A DNA stretch of 64,000 bases from an uncultured Clostridia bacterium (GTDB lineage: Bacteria; Bacillota; Clostridia; TANB77; CAG-508): the NCBI GenBank assembly GCA_947623595.1, contig CANQHC010000005.1, positions 1,910-65,909 of the forward strand. The letters are read 5' to 3'. Positions 1 through 8,959 of this stretch are shown in pieces. Within the stretch, counting starts at the first letter, position 1, and each line of letters begins with the position of its first letter. The notes beneath the pieces are model-generated. The model had not been told where the DNA came from. It saw only the letters and a program-made list of their open reading frames with translations, and made no database searches. Made by a program: the position numbers and the translations under genes.

Positions 1-2853
1 CTAGGATGGGGAAATGATAGCTATGTAGACGGTTGGGCAGCAACATATATTGTATTAGCACAAGAAGCTATGAATGATAATGCAAATTATGAAAAAGCTG
101 AGAAGATTATTATGACAGCCCAATTATATGAAGGTGATTTGAAAAAACAAGAAGAAATATATAGAAAAGCATTAGAAGTACAAAAAATTAATATTGATGC
201 ATGGTGGGGATTAATAAATGTATATAAAGAAGACTCTACTAAAAAAGAAGCAGATTATTATAAACTAGCTCAAGAGTTAGGAGATGCATTAATGCCATTC
301 CCACTACCAATGAAAAACTTATTAGATCAAATCAAAGTAAAAATTACTAACAATGAATACTTATTTAAGTTTGCACTTTTAGAAGCTAATTTATTAAATG
401 AAGGAAAAAAATATACTTCTACTGATAGAGTTTTACAACCAGGAATTACAAGAACTGTAGCTAGTTATTTACTTTCTCAGACAGATACAACACTTGCTAA
501 ATTCTCATTTGATGGAACAGATGCAGGAAAAATTGTATTAGCAGAGCGCTTTGATGATACTGGTATTCGTTGGGATTATAGCTTAGATGGAAAGAAAAAT
601 TGGACTGAAGTATTTTTCGGAGCAGATGAAGAACATAAAAAGCAATTAACTAAAAAAGAAATAGCAAGTATTACGTCAGAAAATGATATTTATGTTCATA
701 TAGTTGGAGCAGCATATAATGATGAAAATATATATAAAATTGACATTGAAGAACAAGAATTATTAAGTAATTTATATGCTAATGATTTAGAAAATCGTAT
801 TATAGGTATTAATTTAGAAACAGAATGGCGTTATACTGAAGATGATGAATGGACTTCATATAGTATAGCTTCACCAGATTTAACTGGTAACAAAACTATA
901 CAAGTAAGGCAAGCACCAACAGGTACAAAACTAGCAAGTCCAGCATCTGAAATGTTTACATTTAAAGAGGATAATCAACCAGAAAAGAGAAAATATATTA
1001 GAGTTTCAGACTTAGCAATTGAAGAATATTCAACTCAATCAATTGATGGTAATAGGCCATTTTATGCTCCAAATGCAATTGATGGAACACCTTATACAAG
1101 ATGGCACACTGATTTTAGATATTCTGTTTTAGAGGATGAAACACAACCATTTATTACTATAAAATTGAATAAAAAGAGATATATATCTGCATTAGAATTT
1201 ATGCAAACTAAATATAAAGTAAATGATCCTGATGATATAAAAAATGTAACAGTTTATGTGAGCGAAGATGGTAAAAAATGGACAGAGGCAGGAAAAATAG
1301 AAAACTGTGCTAAAAATGATGAATTAAAAATAATCAATTTTGAAAAAAGTATATATGGGCAATATATAAAATTAGATATAGAAACATATGATATTTTTGC
1401 ATCAATAGCAATGATAAATGTATACGAGGATGAAAGTAAAATTGATAAAACTACTCCAACAGCAGGTATATATTATAGTACAACAGAACCAACAAGTGAT
1501 TGTGTAATTGCAAGATTAGAAAATCCAAGTACTAAAATTACAATTACCAATAATAATGGAAATGATACCTATGTATTTACCAAAAATGGTCAATTCAAAT
1601 TTGAATTTGAAGATGAAAATGGAAATAAGGGTTCAGCTTTAGCAAAAGTAACTTGGATTGACAAAGATGCACCAACAGCTAATGTGGATTATAAGTTAAA
1701 AGAAAACAAAAAATTATTTATCCTTTTAGATAGTATAAGCGAAGATGTATACTTATTAGATAAAGACAATAATAAAATGAATTATATTGAAGTTGAAGAT
1801 GAAAAAGCATCAAAAATTTCATATCTAGATTCTTCAGGTAAGGTATATAAAATAGCTGAAGTAGATAAAAAAGGAAATATTACAAAAATAACATACCAAA
1901 ATACAATAAAAGAAGCATCAAATGTTGCAACCTATGTAACTACTATAGAAGATGGAGTTGTAAGTAAAGAGGAGTATTTTGATAGTAATGGAGTTAGTGT
2001 AACTGCAACAGATGATGAAAAAGAAGCATTAAGAAAATTACAACAAGTAAAGAATAATCCTTTAGAATATATATTTGAAGAAAGTGGAGAGTACGAATTT
2101 AAGCTTCTTGATAAGGCAAGTAATATAGCATATAAAACAATAAAAGTTGATTACCTTGAAGATGGAAATATTATAGCAAGTGATATTTCTTATGATATTC
2201 CAAATCTAACAAATAAAAATGTTGTAGCTACTATTAATCCATATATGATTAATAGTGAAGGTGAAAAAGCAGATGTAAAAATAACTAATAATGGTGCTAG
2301 TAAAAAATATACATTTAAAAAGAATGGAGAATTTTCATTCAAATATAAAGATGCTTTAGATATTGATGACGTAGAAATAAAAGAACATAAGGCAAAAGTT
2401 GATTGGATTGACAAAACTAATCCAACAGCAAAAATTAAATATAGTACTAAAAAATCTACAAAAGAACCAGTAACAGTAAGTTTAATTGACGAAAGTGAAC
2501 CAATAACAATTACCAATAATGGAATGAATAGAGAATATACATTTACTGAAAACGGAAGCTTTACTTTTGAATTTATAGATCAAGCAGGAAACATAGGAAA
2601 AACAATAGCAAAAGTTGATTGGATTGAAGAAGAACAAAGTAAAACTGTATCAGGTGATATAGATGATGACGGAAAAATAACAGCCACAGACTTATTATTA
2701 TTAAAAAGACATTTAGTAGCAGAGAAAAAACAAGAGTGGATTTTAAAAGAAAATAAATTTAAGGCAGGAGATATAGACAAAGATAATGAAATAACAGCCA
2801 CAGATTTATTATTAATGAAAAAGCTAGTCTTGGAAGAGATGAAAAAGCAATAA
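1..2853 (+). CDS. Large secreted multidomain protein, 5' end off-window: F5/8 type C (discoidin/CBM32-like) domain, four ~50-aa repeat modules, C-terminal type I dockerin
   Basis: Frame 1 is open from nt 1, with no stop before the ATG at 70. Discoidin-like NAIDGTPYTRWHTDF ... ISALEFMQ ... VTVYVSEDGKKWTEAG. Repeated ITNN..Y.F.KNG.F.F.F.D..GN.G...AKV.WID modules. Duplicated Ca-loop/helix segments GDIDDDGKITATDLLLLKRHL and GDIDKDNEITATDLLLMKKL. Confidence 0.7.
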   Translation, partial: LGWGNDSYVDGWAATYIVLAQEAMNDNANYEKAEKIIMTAQLYEGDLKKQEEIYRKALEVQKINIDAWWGLINVYKEDSTKKEADYYKLAQELGDALMPFPLPMKNLLDQIKVKITNNEYLFKFALLEANLLNEGKKYTSTDRVLQPGITRTVASYLLSQTDTTLAKFSFDGTDAGKIVLAERFDDTGIRWDYSLDGKKNWTEVFFGADEEHKKQLTKKEIASITSENDIYVHIVGAAYNDENIYKIDIEEQELLSNLYANDLENRIIGINLETEWRYTEDDEWTSYSIASPDLTGNKTIQVRQAPTGTKLASPASEMFTFKEDNQPEKRKYIRVSDLAIEEYSTQSIDGNRPFYAPNAIDGTPYTRWHTDFRYSVLEDETQPFITIKLNKKRYISALEFMQTKYKVNDPDDIKNVTVYVSEDGKKWTEAGKIENCAKNDELKIINFEKSIYGQYIKLDIETYDIFASIAMINVYEDESKIDKTTPTAGIYYSTTEPTSDCVIARLENPSTKITITNNNGNDTYVFTKNGQFKFEFEDENGNKGSALAKVTWIDKDAPTANVDYKLKENKKLFILLDSISEDVYLLDKDNNKMNYIEVEDEKASKISYLDSSGKVYKIAEVDKKGNITKITYQNTIKEASNVATYVTTIEDGVVSKEEYFDSNGVSVTATDDEKEALRKLQQVKNNPLEYIFEESGEYEFKLLDKASNIAYKTIKVDYLEDGNIIASDISYDIPNLTNKNVVATINPYMINSEGEKADVKITNNGASKKYTFKKNGEFSFKYKDALDIDDVEIKEHKAKVDWIDKTNPTAKIKYSTKKSTKEPVTVSLIDESEPITITNNGMNREYTFTENGSFTFEFIDQAGNIGKTIAKVDWIEEEQSKTVSGDIDDDGKITATDLLLLKRHLVAEKKQEWILKENKFKAGDIDKDNEITATDLLLMKKLVLEEMKKQ

Positions 2854-2904
2854 TATTTTTTAAGGCATAATGTTTAAATAATATAAATTAGGGGAGAAAA
2901 AAAT

Positions 2905-3786
2905 ATGAAAAATAATATAAGTTGTAAAAAGGTAATTGGTATAACACTAATTGCAATATTAGTACTTACTGCCAATGTATATGCAGTAACTGATAGTTTT
3001 AAAACAACTTTGAGCGTAGATAATTCTAAAGTTAAAAGAGGAGATACTATTAAAGTAACAATTGCATTAAGTGATATAGCTATTGAAAGCGGAGAAAAGG
3101 GAATTGGTGCATATACAGCTAAATTAGATTTTGATTCTTCTATTTTAGAATATGATTCAACAAATGGTACTGACAAATGGGAATCACCATTTTATAATGA
3201 TTCACGAATTGTAGGAAATACAAAGGATGGTGAAGTTATAAAAACAGCACAGGATATTGGAACTATTACTTTTAAAGTAAAAAAGGATGCTAAATTGGGT
3301 GAGACAACTATTAAACTAACTAATTTTTCAGGTTCTACAGCAGAATCAAATGTATCTGCTAAAGATGCATCTGTTAAAATAACAATAGAAGATAAGAAAA
3401 ATGAGAATGGTAATACAAATACAGATCCTGGAACAAATGGAAGTGAAAATCCAGGTACCAACGAAGGTGAAAATTCAGGTACCAACGAAGGTGAAAATCC
3501 AAGTACCAACGAAGGCGAAAATGCAGGTACAAGTGGAAATGCAGGAACAAATGGAAGTACAGTAGGAAACAGTAATAATCAAAATGGAAAAGGCAATAAT
3601 AAGGTAACTGGAAATAAATCCAATGAAGATAATATTAAACCAGGAGTATTACCACAAACAGGAGATACAAATATAGAACTATTAATATCAACTTGTATAT
3701 GTACTTTATTAGCAATTGGAATATTAGTTAGAATAAAAATACTTAATAGAAAAATTGAAAAGAGTAGTGATATAACTCAAAAGTAG
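2905..3786 (+). CDS. Cohesin-domain cell-wall-anchored protein (signal peptide, cohesin, G/N/E/T-rich linker, LPQTG sorting signal)
   Basis: RBS GGGGAG upstream. N-terminal signal-like segment. Cohesin-like KVKRGDTIKVTIALSDI...IGAYTAKLDFDSSILEY...TTIKLTN. C-terminal LPQTGD followed by a hydrophobic helix and an RIKILNRK tail. Confidence 0.7.
   Translation: MKNNISCKKVIGITLIAILVLTANVYAVTDSFKTTLSVDNSKVKRGDTIKVTIALSDIAIESGEKGIGAYTAKLDFDSSILEYDSTNGTDKWESPFYNDSRIVGNTKDGEVIKTAQDIGTITFKVKKDAKLGETTIKLTNFSGSTAESNVSAKDASVKITIEDKKNENGNTNTDPGTNGSENPGTNEGENSGTNEGENPSTNEGENAGTSGNAGTNGSTVGNSNNQNGKGNNKVTGNKSNEDNIKPGVLPQTGDTNIELLISTCICTLLAIGILVRIKILNRKIEKSSDITQK
3451..3522 (+). repeat. 3 x 24-bp in-frame tandem repeat (P/S-GTNEGEN) in the linker of the cohesin protein
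   Basis: ccaggtaccaacgaaggtgaaaat / tcaggtaccaacgaaggtgaaaat / ccaagtaccaacgaaggcgaaaat, read directly. Confidence 0.85.
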
Positions 3787-3799
3787 AAGTATGTAAATG

Positions 3800-3828
3800 T
3801 TGATTTGAGGGTGAAAATATGGTATAAT
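3800..3828 (+). promoter_or_regulatory. Sigma-A-type promoter candidate (TTGATT-17-TATAAT)
   Basis: TTGATT 3800-3805, 17-nt spacer, TATAAT 3823-3828, upstream of the 3914 CDS. Confidence 0.45.
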
Positions 3829-3913
3829 AAGGTAATGGCATTTGCAAGAAAATCTTTTTTAGTAAAAAGGAAACTTGCAATTTGTTAAATTTTTAGACAG
3901 GAAGGTAAACAAC

Positions 3914-5122
3914 ATGAGAAAAAGACAACAACGGTCCAAGCCCCAAAACTTCACAAAAGTCCAGCGCAGCATTAAGATTTTTACAACAATGATTGTAATT
4001 ATCGCAGTGGTTTTTTTGACGGTACAAGTCGTAAGATTTGAAAACGCCAAGAAAGAACTGACGAATGCAGAAGAAATTTTAAGCTACGTGGAAACGAAGG
4101 AGGAGAACCTGTTTGAAGCAAGCTCCTCTCAAATCACACTTCTGAACCAAGAGGTAAACAATCAGGACGAGAAATTAGAACGAGCTGGTCAAATGATTAG
4201 CAAAACCCAGGAAGTAAGTAACCAATATGAACAAAGCAGCGGTACAGCAATGCGTCCTCTGTATGAGCAAGCTCAGGAGGAACTTATGAAAGCGGATCAG
4301 CTACTTCAAGAAATTGAAATTGATCCAATTTCAGAGAGCAAAGCTGAAATATCTGATGACATGTCTCTTCAAAGCAAAGAGATAAAAGAAAGTTTAAGCC
4401 AGGCAAAGCAAATATTAGATGAAGTTGTAGAAAGTAAAACTATAAATTGTGACTTAGTTAGTACAAAATATGATGACTTAGAAACTAAGTTGCAAGATGG
4501 ACTAGTACAAAAAGAAAAAGTACTTAATGACGTAAATACTAATCTCAATGCAATGCAAGCTCAATATGTTTCATTGAAGGAACAATATGCACAGCAAAAT
4601 GAAAATGCGAAGCAGTTTCTTGGAAGAATAGTGGAATATGAATCATTTGAGCAAATGAAAGTTAGCCTGCGGGCGAAGTTACAGTCCGCCAATATCTCTT
4701 ATAGCACAGACATGTCAAAGCCCATTGGTTTTTCAGAGGAAGAATTGAAGTATTTACTAGAACATTGTGGAATGATAAAGGATCCAAACATAATAAATAC
4801 TTTACCGAGAGTTATGGTTGAAACAGTAAAAAACAAAAACGTAAATGAGCTCTTTGCAATCTCGGTGATGAGCTTTGAGAGTGGTTTCTTTAAGTCTGCT
4901 TTAGCTAGAAATAAATGCAATTACGGAGGTATGAGAGGCCAAGGCGGGTGGATGAGTTTTACATCAATGGAAGAAGGACTTGCTTCTGCAATAAGCTGTG
5001 TTCATGGGAACCTGAAAGGAAATAATACAGTTGAAGACGTGAATTCAACTTATTGTGGTTCAAGTGAGTGGTCAGAAAATGTCCTTGATATAATGGAAAG
5101 TTATAGGGCAACAAAAATTTAA
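3914..5122 (+). CDS. Membrane-anchored coiled-coil protein with a C-terminal glucosaminidase/muramidase-like domain; visibly G+C-richer than its neighbours
   Basis: ATG 3914 lies behind AGGAAGG; the track ORF starts at a TTG at 3875. Basic N-terminus followed by the TM helix IFTTMIVIIAVVFLTVQVV. Long Q/E-rich helical region. C-terminal FAISVMSFESGFFKSALARNKCNYGGMRG resembles the LytD/FlgJ-type glucosaminidase motif. Confidence 0.5.
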   Translation: MRKRQQRSKPQNFTKVQRSIKIFTTMIVIIAVVFLTVQVVRFENAKKELTNAEEILSYVETKEENLFEASSSQITLLNQEVNNQDEKLERAGQMISKTQEVSNQYEQSSGTAMRPLYEQAQEELMKADQLLQEIEIDPISESKAEISDDMSLQSKEIKESLSQAKQILDEVVESKTINCDLVSTKYDDLETKLQDGLVQKEKVLNDVNTNLNAMQAQYVSLKEQYAQQNENAKQFLGRIVEYESFEQMKVSLRAKLQSANISYSTDMSKPIGFSEEELKYLLEHCGMIKDPNIINTLPRVMVETVKNKNVNELFAISVMSFESGFFKSALARNKCNYGGMRGQGGWMSFTSMEEGLASAISCVHGNLKGNNTVEDVNSTYCGSSEWSENVLDIMESYRATKI

Positions 5123-5135
5123 TAATTGCAAGCAA

Positions 5136-5172
5136 GAGAGCTACGCGGGGAAATTTCCTTGCGTAGCTACTC
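5136..5172. terminator. Hairpin between convergent genes (bidirectional terminator candidate)
   Basis: AGCTACGC (5139-5146) pairs with GCGTAGCT (5161-5168). T-run follows on + and A-run precedes. Confidence 0.5.
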
Positions 5173-5967
5173 TTTTGATCTTTTAGCTACAATTACAAAT
5201 CTGCCGTCTTTTGTATGATAAGAGCAAGTAGACAATGTAATTAATTGGTCATTATAATTAGCAGATTTTCCAGTATCATATAAAGAAGCTTTTTTAGAAT
5301 TTTCTACAAATTCATTGTACTCATTTTCATCTTTCGCATTAATAAAGTAATAATATCTAAATACATTTTTATCAGACTTATAATATACTTTTGACTTAAA
5401 TACAGAAATTATTTCATAATTTGAATCTTCATAACTAGTAGTAACTCTTATATAAGGGTGTTTATCATAATATTTTTTATCCTTATATTTAAGTAAAGTT
5501 TTAAACATGCTATGATGTCCGTATATTAATAGATTGCTATCTTGAGGATCCCAATGATAGTCTTTATCTAAAAATATTGATCCATTTACAGAATATTTTT
5601 TTTTATAATTATGATCGAGATAGTATTTATTATCATTTCCTTGCAACACAGGATAATTGATATTAGTATTTTCAATTTCAATCCAAGCAACTATGTCAGA
5701 ATTTTGGTTTTGAAGTTTTTCTAATTTTTTCATTCTTTCAGTTTTTTCTTTCAAAACTTTATCATCTTCTTCTAGATTTTCTACATTATTGAATGTAGAG
5801 GGAAGAGAATTATCAAGAGAAATCTCGTTTAATAAATTTCTCTGCTTATTCATATTATATCCATCATAAAAATATAAAAAAATAAATCCAAAAGAACAAA
5901 AGAGTAGGATAAAGGACATTATGTAAGAGAGTTTAATTATTTTTTTACTTAATTCAAGTTTTGACAT
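5167..5967 (-). CDS. srtB: Class B sortase
   Basis: N-terminal TM anchor; DIVAWIEIENTNINYPVLQGNDNKYYLDH; LIYGHH; catalytic LITLSTCSY; RFVIVAKR. Confidence 0.8.
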   Translation of the reverse strand: MSKLELSKKIIKLSYIMSFILLFCSFGFIFLYFYDGYNMNKQRNLLNEISLDNSLPSTFNNVENLEEDDKVLKEKTERMKKLEKLQNQNSDIVAWIEIENTNINYPVLQGNDNKYYLDHNYKKKYSVNGSIFLDKDYHWDPQDSNLLIYGHHSMFKTLLKYKDKKYYDKHPYIRVTTSYEDSNYEIISVFKSKVYYKSDKNVFRYYYFINAKDENEYNEFVENSKKASLYDTGKSANYNDQLITLSTCSYHTKDGRFVIVAKRSKE

Positions 5968-6093
5968 ATTAAAAATAATTCCTTTCTAAAGAGTAATTCA
6001 AGAATATTTGATATATGTTTTAGTACTTAGCATGTTGAAAAAAATTGGCTCAATGTTTTGAAAAAATTGCAAAGTTTTTTATAAAATAATAAG

Positions 6094-6139
6094 GAGCTGC
6101 CGAATTTTTAATGTAGATATTATTAAAATGTGGCAGCTC
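6094..6139 (-). terminator. Hairpin downstream of the beta-helix surface protein gene
   Basis: GAGCTGCC (6094-6101) / GGCAGCTC (6132-6139). The loop is long (30 nt), so confidence is modest. Confidence 0.35.
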
Positions 6140-6175
6140 AATTAATGAAAATATTTATAAAAATGCAATGCTAGA

Positions 6176-7354
6176 TTATAAAGATCTTCTTTTTAATAGT
6201 GCAATAGCTATTATAGCACTAGCACTTAAAAATAAAGCTATTCCTAATTGTCCCTCAGTTCCTGTCTTTGGAGTATCATCTTTTACTTTATCATCTTTTT
6301 CTGTATCATCTTTTGCTTTATCATCTTCTTTGTCTTTGTCATTAGGTTTTGCAGTTTCTTTTAAATCAAGTTTTGCATAAATTGCAATATCTTCTGTAAG
6401 TTTTGTATCAAAATTAAATTTTGTTTTAAATTCTTTATCAGTATAAAAATCAGTTAGTGTATATTTTTCTAATCCAAGTTCTTCTAAGTCAATTAGATTT
6501 TCTAAATCTTTTCTTGTAAGAGAAGTTCCTTCTTTAACTGTTGTTGTTAAAGTTTTATCATTTAAGTGAATTGTTACAGTAACATTTGCTGTGAAAGTTT
6601 CACCTTCCATAGAAATGTCATCTCTTTCATTACTTGAATATAAGATATTATTTTCAGCATCAGTTATTACAACTTTATTACCACTTATAAATATTTTATT
6701 AGTTGATTCTTCTGTGTTTTGTACTTCAAAATCAGTTAATGTATCATTAATTGCAAGATAAATAACATTTTCAGGTTCTGATGATGTTAATGTACCATTC
6801 ATAATTAATGTTGGTTCATTACTTCCAGTATCAACACTAAATCCTTTTGCAATTTCTATACCATTATTAGATGTTTGTCCATTTCTTCCTAAATGCAAAT
6901 CTTTTACTTCAACAGTTCCGGCATTTACTAAAACAGCACCAAATCCACAATTAGTAATTGTTACACCGTCTAATACAACATGTGCTCCATTGTATGACTG
7001 TACACCATATTTTTCACCATTTGTAAGTTTTAAATTTTTCAAAGTAAGTTTTGTTCCAACTGAACCAGCAGTTATTAAGGTACGGTTACTTCCTTGTACA
7101 TTCCAGCTATCATCTTTAGTTATAGTATTTCCTTTTCCATCGATTGTAATTGTTTTTCCAACTATTTCAATAGGGTTTGTTAATGAAATGTTAGTTGTTA
7201 ATTCAATAACTGCATTGTCTTCAGCGCTATTAATAGCTTCACGTAAACTTGTTTCATCATTTACTTCTGTTGCAGCATGAGAAAAATTGGTAAATAAAAA
7301 TAAAGTTGCGAATAATACTATTATAAATAGTACTAATTTGTTTAATGTTTTCAT
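6176..7354 (-). CDS. Secreted right-handed beta-helix-like surface protein with a C-terminal TPKTG sorting signal (likely sortase substrate)
   Basis: Signal peptide LVLFIIVLFATLFLFTNFSHA. Repeats of the ITIDGKGNTI / LKNLKLTNG / VTITNCGFGAVLVNAG type. K/D-rich linker, then DDTPKTG followed by a hydrophobic helix and KRRSL. The second ATG (7354) has an AAGGA RBS; the track ORF extends to 7372. Confidence 0.6.
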   Translation of the reverse strand: MKTLNKLVLFIIVLFATLFLFTNFSHAATEVNDETSLREAINSAEDNAVIELTTNISLTNPIEIVGKTITIDGKGNTITKDDSWNVQGSNRTLITAGSVGTKLTLKNLKLTNGEKYGVQSYNGAHVVLDGVTITNCGFGAVLVNAGTVEVKDLHLGRNGQTSNNGIEIAKGFSVDTGSNEPTLIMNGTLTSSEPENVIYLAINDTLTDFEVQNTEESTNKIFISGNKVVITDAENNILYSSNERDDISMEGETFTANVTVTIHLNDKTLTTTVKEGTSLTRKDLENLIDLEELGLEKYTLTDFYTDKEFKTKFNFDTKLTEDIAIYAKLDLKETAKPNDKDKEDDKAKDDTEKDDKVKDDTPKTGTEGQLGIALFLSASAIIAIALLKRRSL

Positions 7355-7698
7355 TGTATCAAATCCTTTCATTTTAAATAAAATTAAGACTATTTCATAA
7401 AAAAAATTTTTATTTCTATAGTGCTTTATTAAGTATTATGTCGCATTTTTTCAGATTTATTCATTTTTTGTTTTTTTATTACTTCACTTTGTATAATGGC
7501 ATCATATTGTGTTATATAGAGGAAAGTAAGGAATGAAGAAAGATAAAATAAACGATATCAAAATGTTGCTCTACACTATCTTTAATGAGAGAATAATGAA
7601 AAAATTGAAAATTATGTAAATCTGTGTTAAAATAAAATAGATAGCATTTTATGCTATACTATTTTAAAAGCCGAGAATTTCGGTGAAGGGAGAAAAAC

Positions 7699-8475
7699 AT
7701 GAAAAGATTAAAATGCACCTACCAAAAGACACAACAGAGGAACCAACAACTAATAGCTTTTTTTGAAAAAATGGTGGTAGTACTACTAATTGCTATTATA
7801 TGTGCACTGACAATTAGTGGGCCTATTAGAGCAAATGCCAACATGGATCTTACTACTTCAGAATGTCAGGAATCTAAAAACATGGAACAACTACAAAAAG
7901 AGGAAAGTAGTAATAACGCTTCTGATGAACAACAAATAGCTCAAGTGAAAAAGAATACTATGCAAATTGATGAAACGAATAATGTGGAAGTAGAAATATC
8001 AAATGTACTTAAAGCAGATAAAGATGAATTGCAAAATGAAAGTATTGATGAAAATACAGCAGAGAATTCGGAAAAAAATTTGCAAGTTGTTCAAGAGAGA
8101 AGTGAACCTAACGAAGAAGAAACTTTAGAAAATGTCGATAAATGTCTAAATAAGCAAAATGAAGAAGCATTAATAGTTAACATGTCAGTAACCGCATATT
8201 GTCCTGGTGAGTGCTGTAATGGCAAATGGGCTGGTGTAACTGCATCTGGAGAAAAAATGAAGCCGTGGACTACTGTAGCAGCTGGTAACGCTTATCCATT
8301 AGGAACGCGTATATACATTCCATATTTTAAAGATGAAGATAATGAGGGATGGTTTATAGTTCAAGATCGGTTTGCAGATAACTCTAATCCGTACATATTA
8401 GATATATTATTAGAAAATCATACCGCATGTGGAGAATTTGGAAGAAAAAATTTGGAGGTGTATGTTTACATGTAA
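7699..8475 (+). CDS. 3D-domain (MltA-like/YabE-type) cell-wall-associated protein
   Basis: RBS GGGAG. TM/signal segment. C-terminal MSVTAYCPGECCNGKWAGVTASGEKMKPWTTVAAG...GTRIYIP...FIVQDR...LDILLENHTACGEFGRKNLEVYV. Confidence 0.65.
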   Translation: MKRLKCTYQKTQQRNQQLIAFFEKMVVVLLIAIICALTISGPIRANANMDLTTSECQESKNMEQLQKEESSNNASDEQQIAQVKKNTMQIDETNNVEVEISNVLKADKDELQNESIDENTAENSEKNLQVVQERSEPNEEETLENVDKCLNKQNEEALIVNMSVTAYCPGECCNGKWAGVTASGEKMKPWTTVAAGNAYPLGTRIYIPYFKDEDNEGWFIVQDRFADNSNPYILDILLENHTACGEFGRKNLEVYVYM

Positions 8476-8479
8476 AAAA

Positions 8480-8515
8480 GCAGGGAGAAAGCAATAAAAT
8501 TTCCCTGCTTTCTCC
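8480..8515 (+). terminator. Rho-independent terminator candidate after the 3D-domain gene
   Basis: GCAGGGA (8480-8486) / TCCCTGC (8502-8508); alternative pairing GGAGAAAGCA / TGCTTTCTCC. Confidence 0.45.
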
Positions 8516-8537
8516 TTGTTAATTTTAAAATTAACAA
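8516..8537. repeat. Perfect 22-bp palindrome TTGTTAATTTTAAAATTAACAA at the island / dcw-cluster junction
   Basis: Read directly. Followed by TTGACA at 8543-8548 and then the PBP-remnant homology. Confidence 0.9.
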
Positions 8538-8550
8538 ATGTGTTGACAAA

Positions 8551-8853
8551 ATAAATCAAGGAGGTGCTGTTGGAGCACCAGTAGGAGGGCAAGTATTATC
8601 TGAAGTATTACCTTATTTGGAATTGCAGAAAGATAATGTTTCTGAGGAAGATGTAAAAAAACAAGTTGAAGTGCCAGAGATTGAAGGTATGACAATTCAA
8701 GAAGCTACAAAAGTGTTAAAAGAATATAATTTAGAATTGCAAATAGAAAATGAAATAGAAAATTACGATAAGAAAAGTACATTGGTAAAAGAGCAATTGC
8801 CAAAAAGAGGAATTAGTGTATATGAAGGAACGAAGATAATTGTAACAATTTAA
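8551..8853 (+). pseudogene. 3' remnant of a class B penicillin-binding protein (FtsI/SpoVD-type): end of the transpeptidase domain plus one PASTA domain
   Basis: In-frame ...QGGAVGAPVGGQVLSEVLPYLELQKDN..., then the PASTA-like VPEIEGMTIQEATKVLKEYNLELQIEN...VKEQLPKRGISVYEGTKIIVTI. No in-frame ATG/GTG with an RBS. The frame only opens at 8476, inside the upstream terminator. Confidence 0.6.
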
Positions 8854-8959
8854 AAGATGAGTTGATTACTAACAAGAAGAACAAAAAAATAAAAATCACT
8901 ATACAAAAAAGTTATTTCGTTATATAATGTACACGGAAAATTAGAAGAAGGAGAATAAT

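Noticed and set aside
7533-7619. 28-aa ORF (MKKDKINDIKMLLYTIFNERIMKKLKIM) with a GGAAAGTAAGGA RBS and an upstream TATAAT, in the 326-nt spacer before the 3D-domain gene
   Set aside because: It is too short to support without conservation or ribosome-profiling data. It is noted only as a candidate leader peptide or small protein.
3932-8370. CGG as a reassigned sense codon, or a blanket unreadable codon
   Set aside because: At 3932, 4670 and 8368 the zero frame after CGG keeps a sensible, homology-consistent protein and the +1 frame terminates quickly. At the eight break sites the frame itself changes, which a simple amino-acid reassignment cannot explain.
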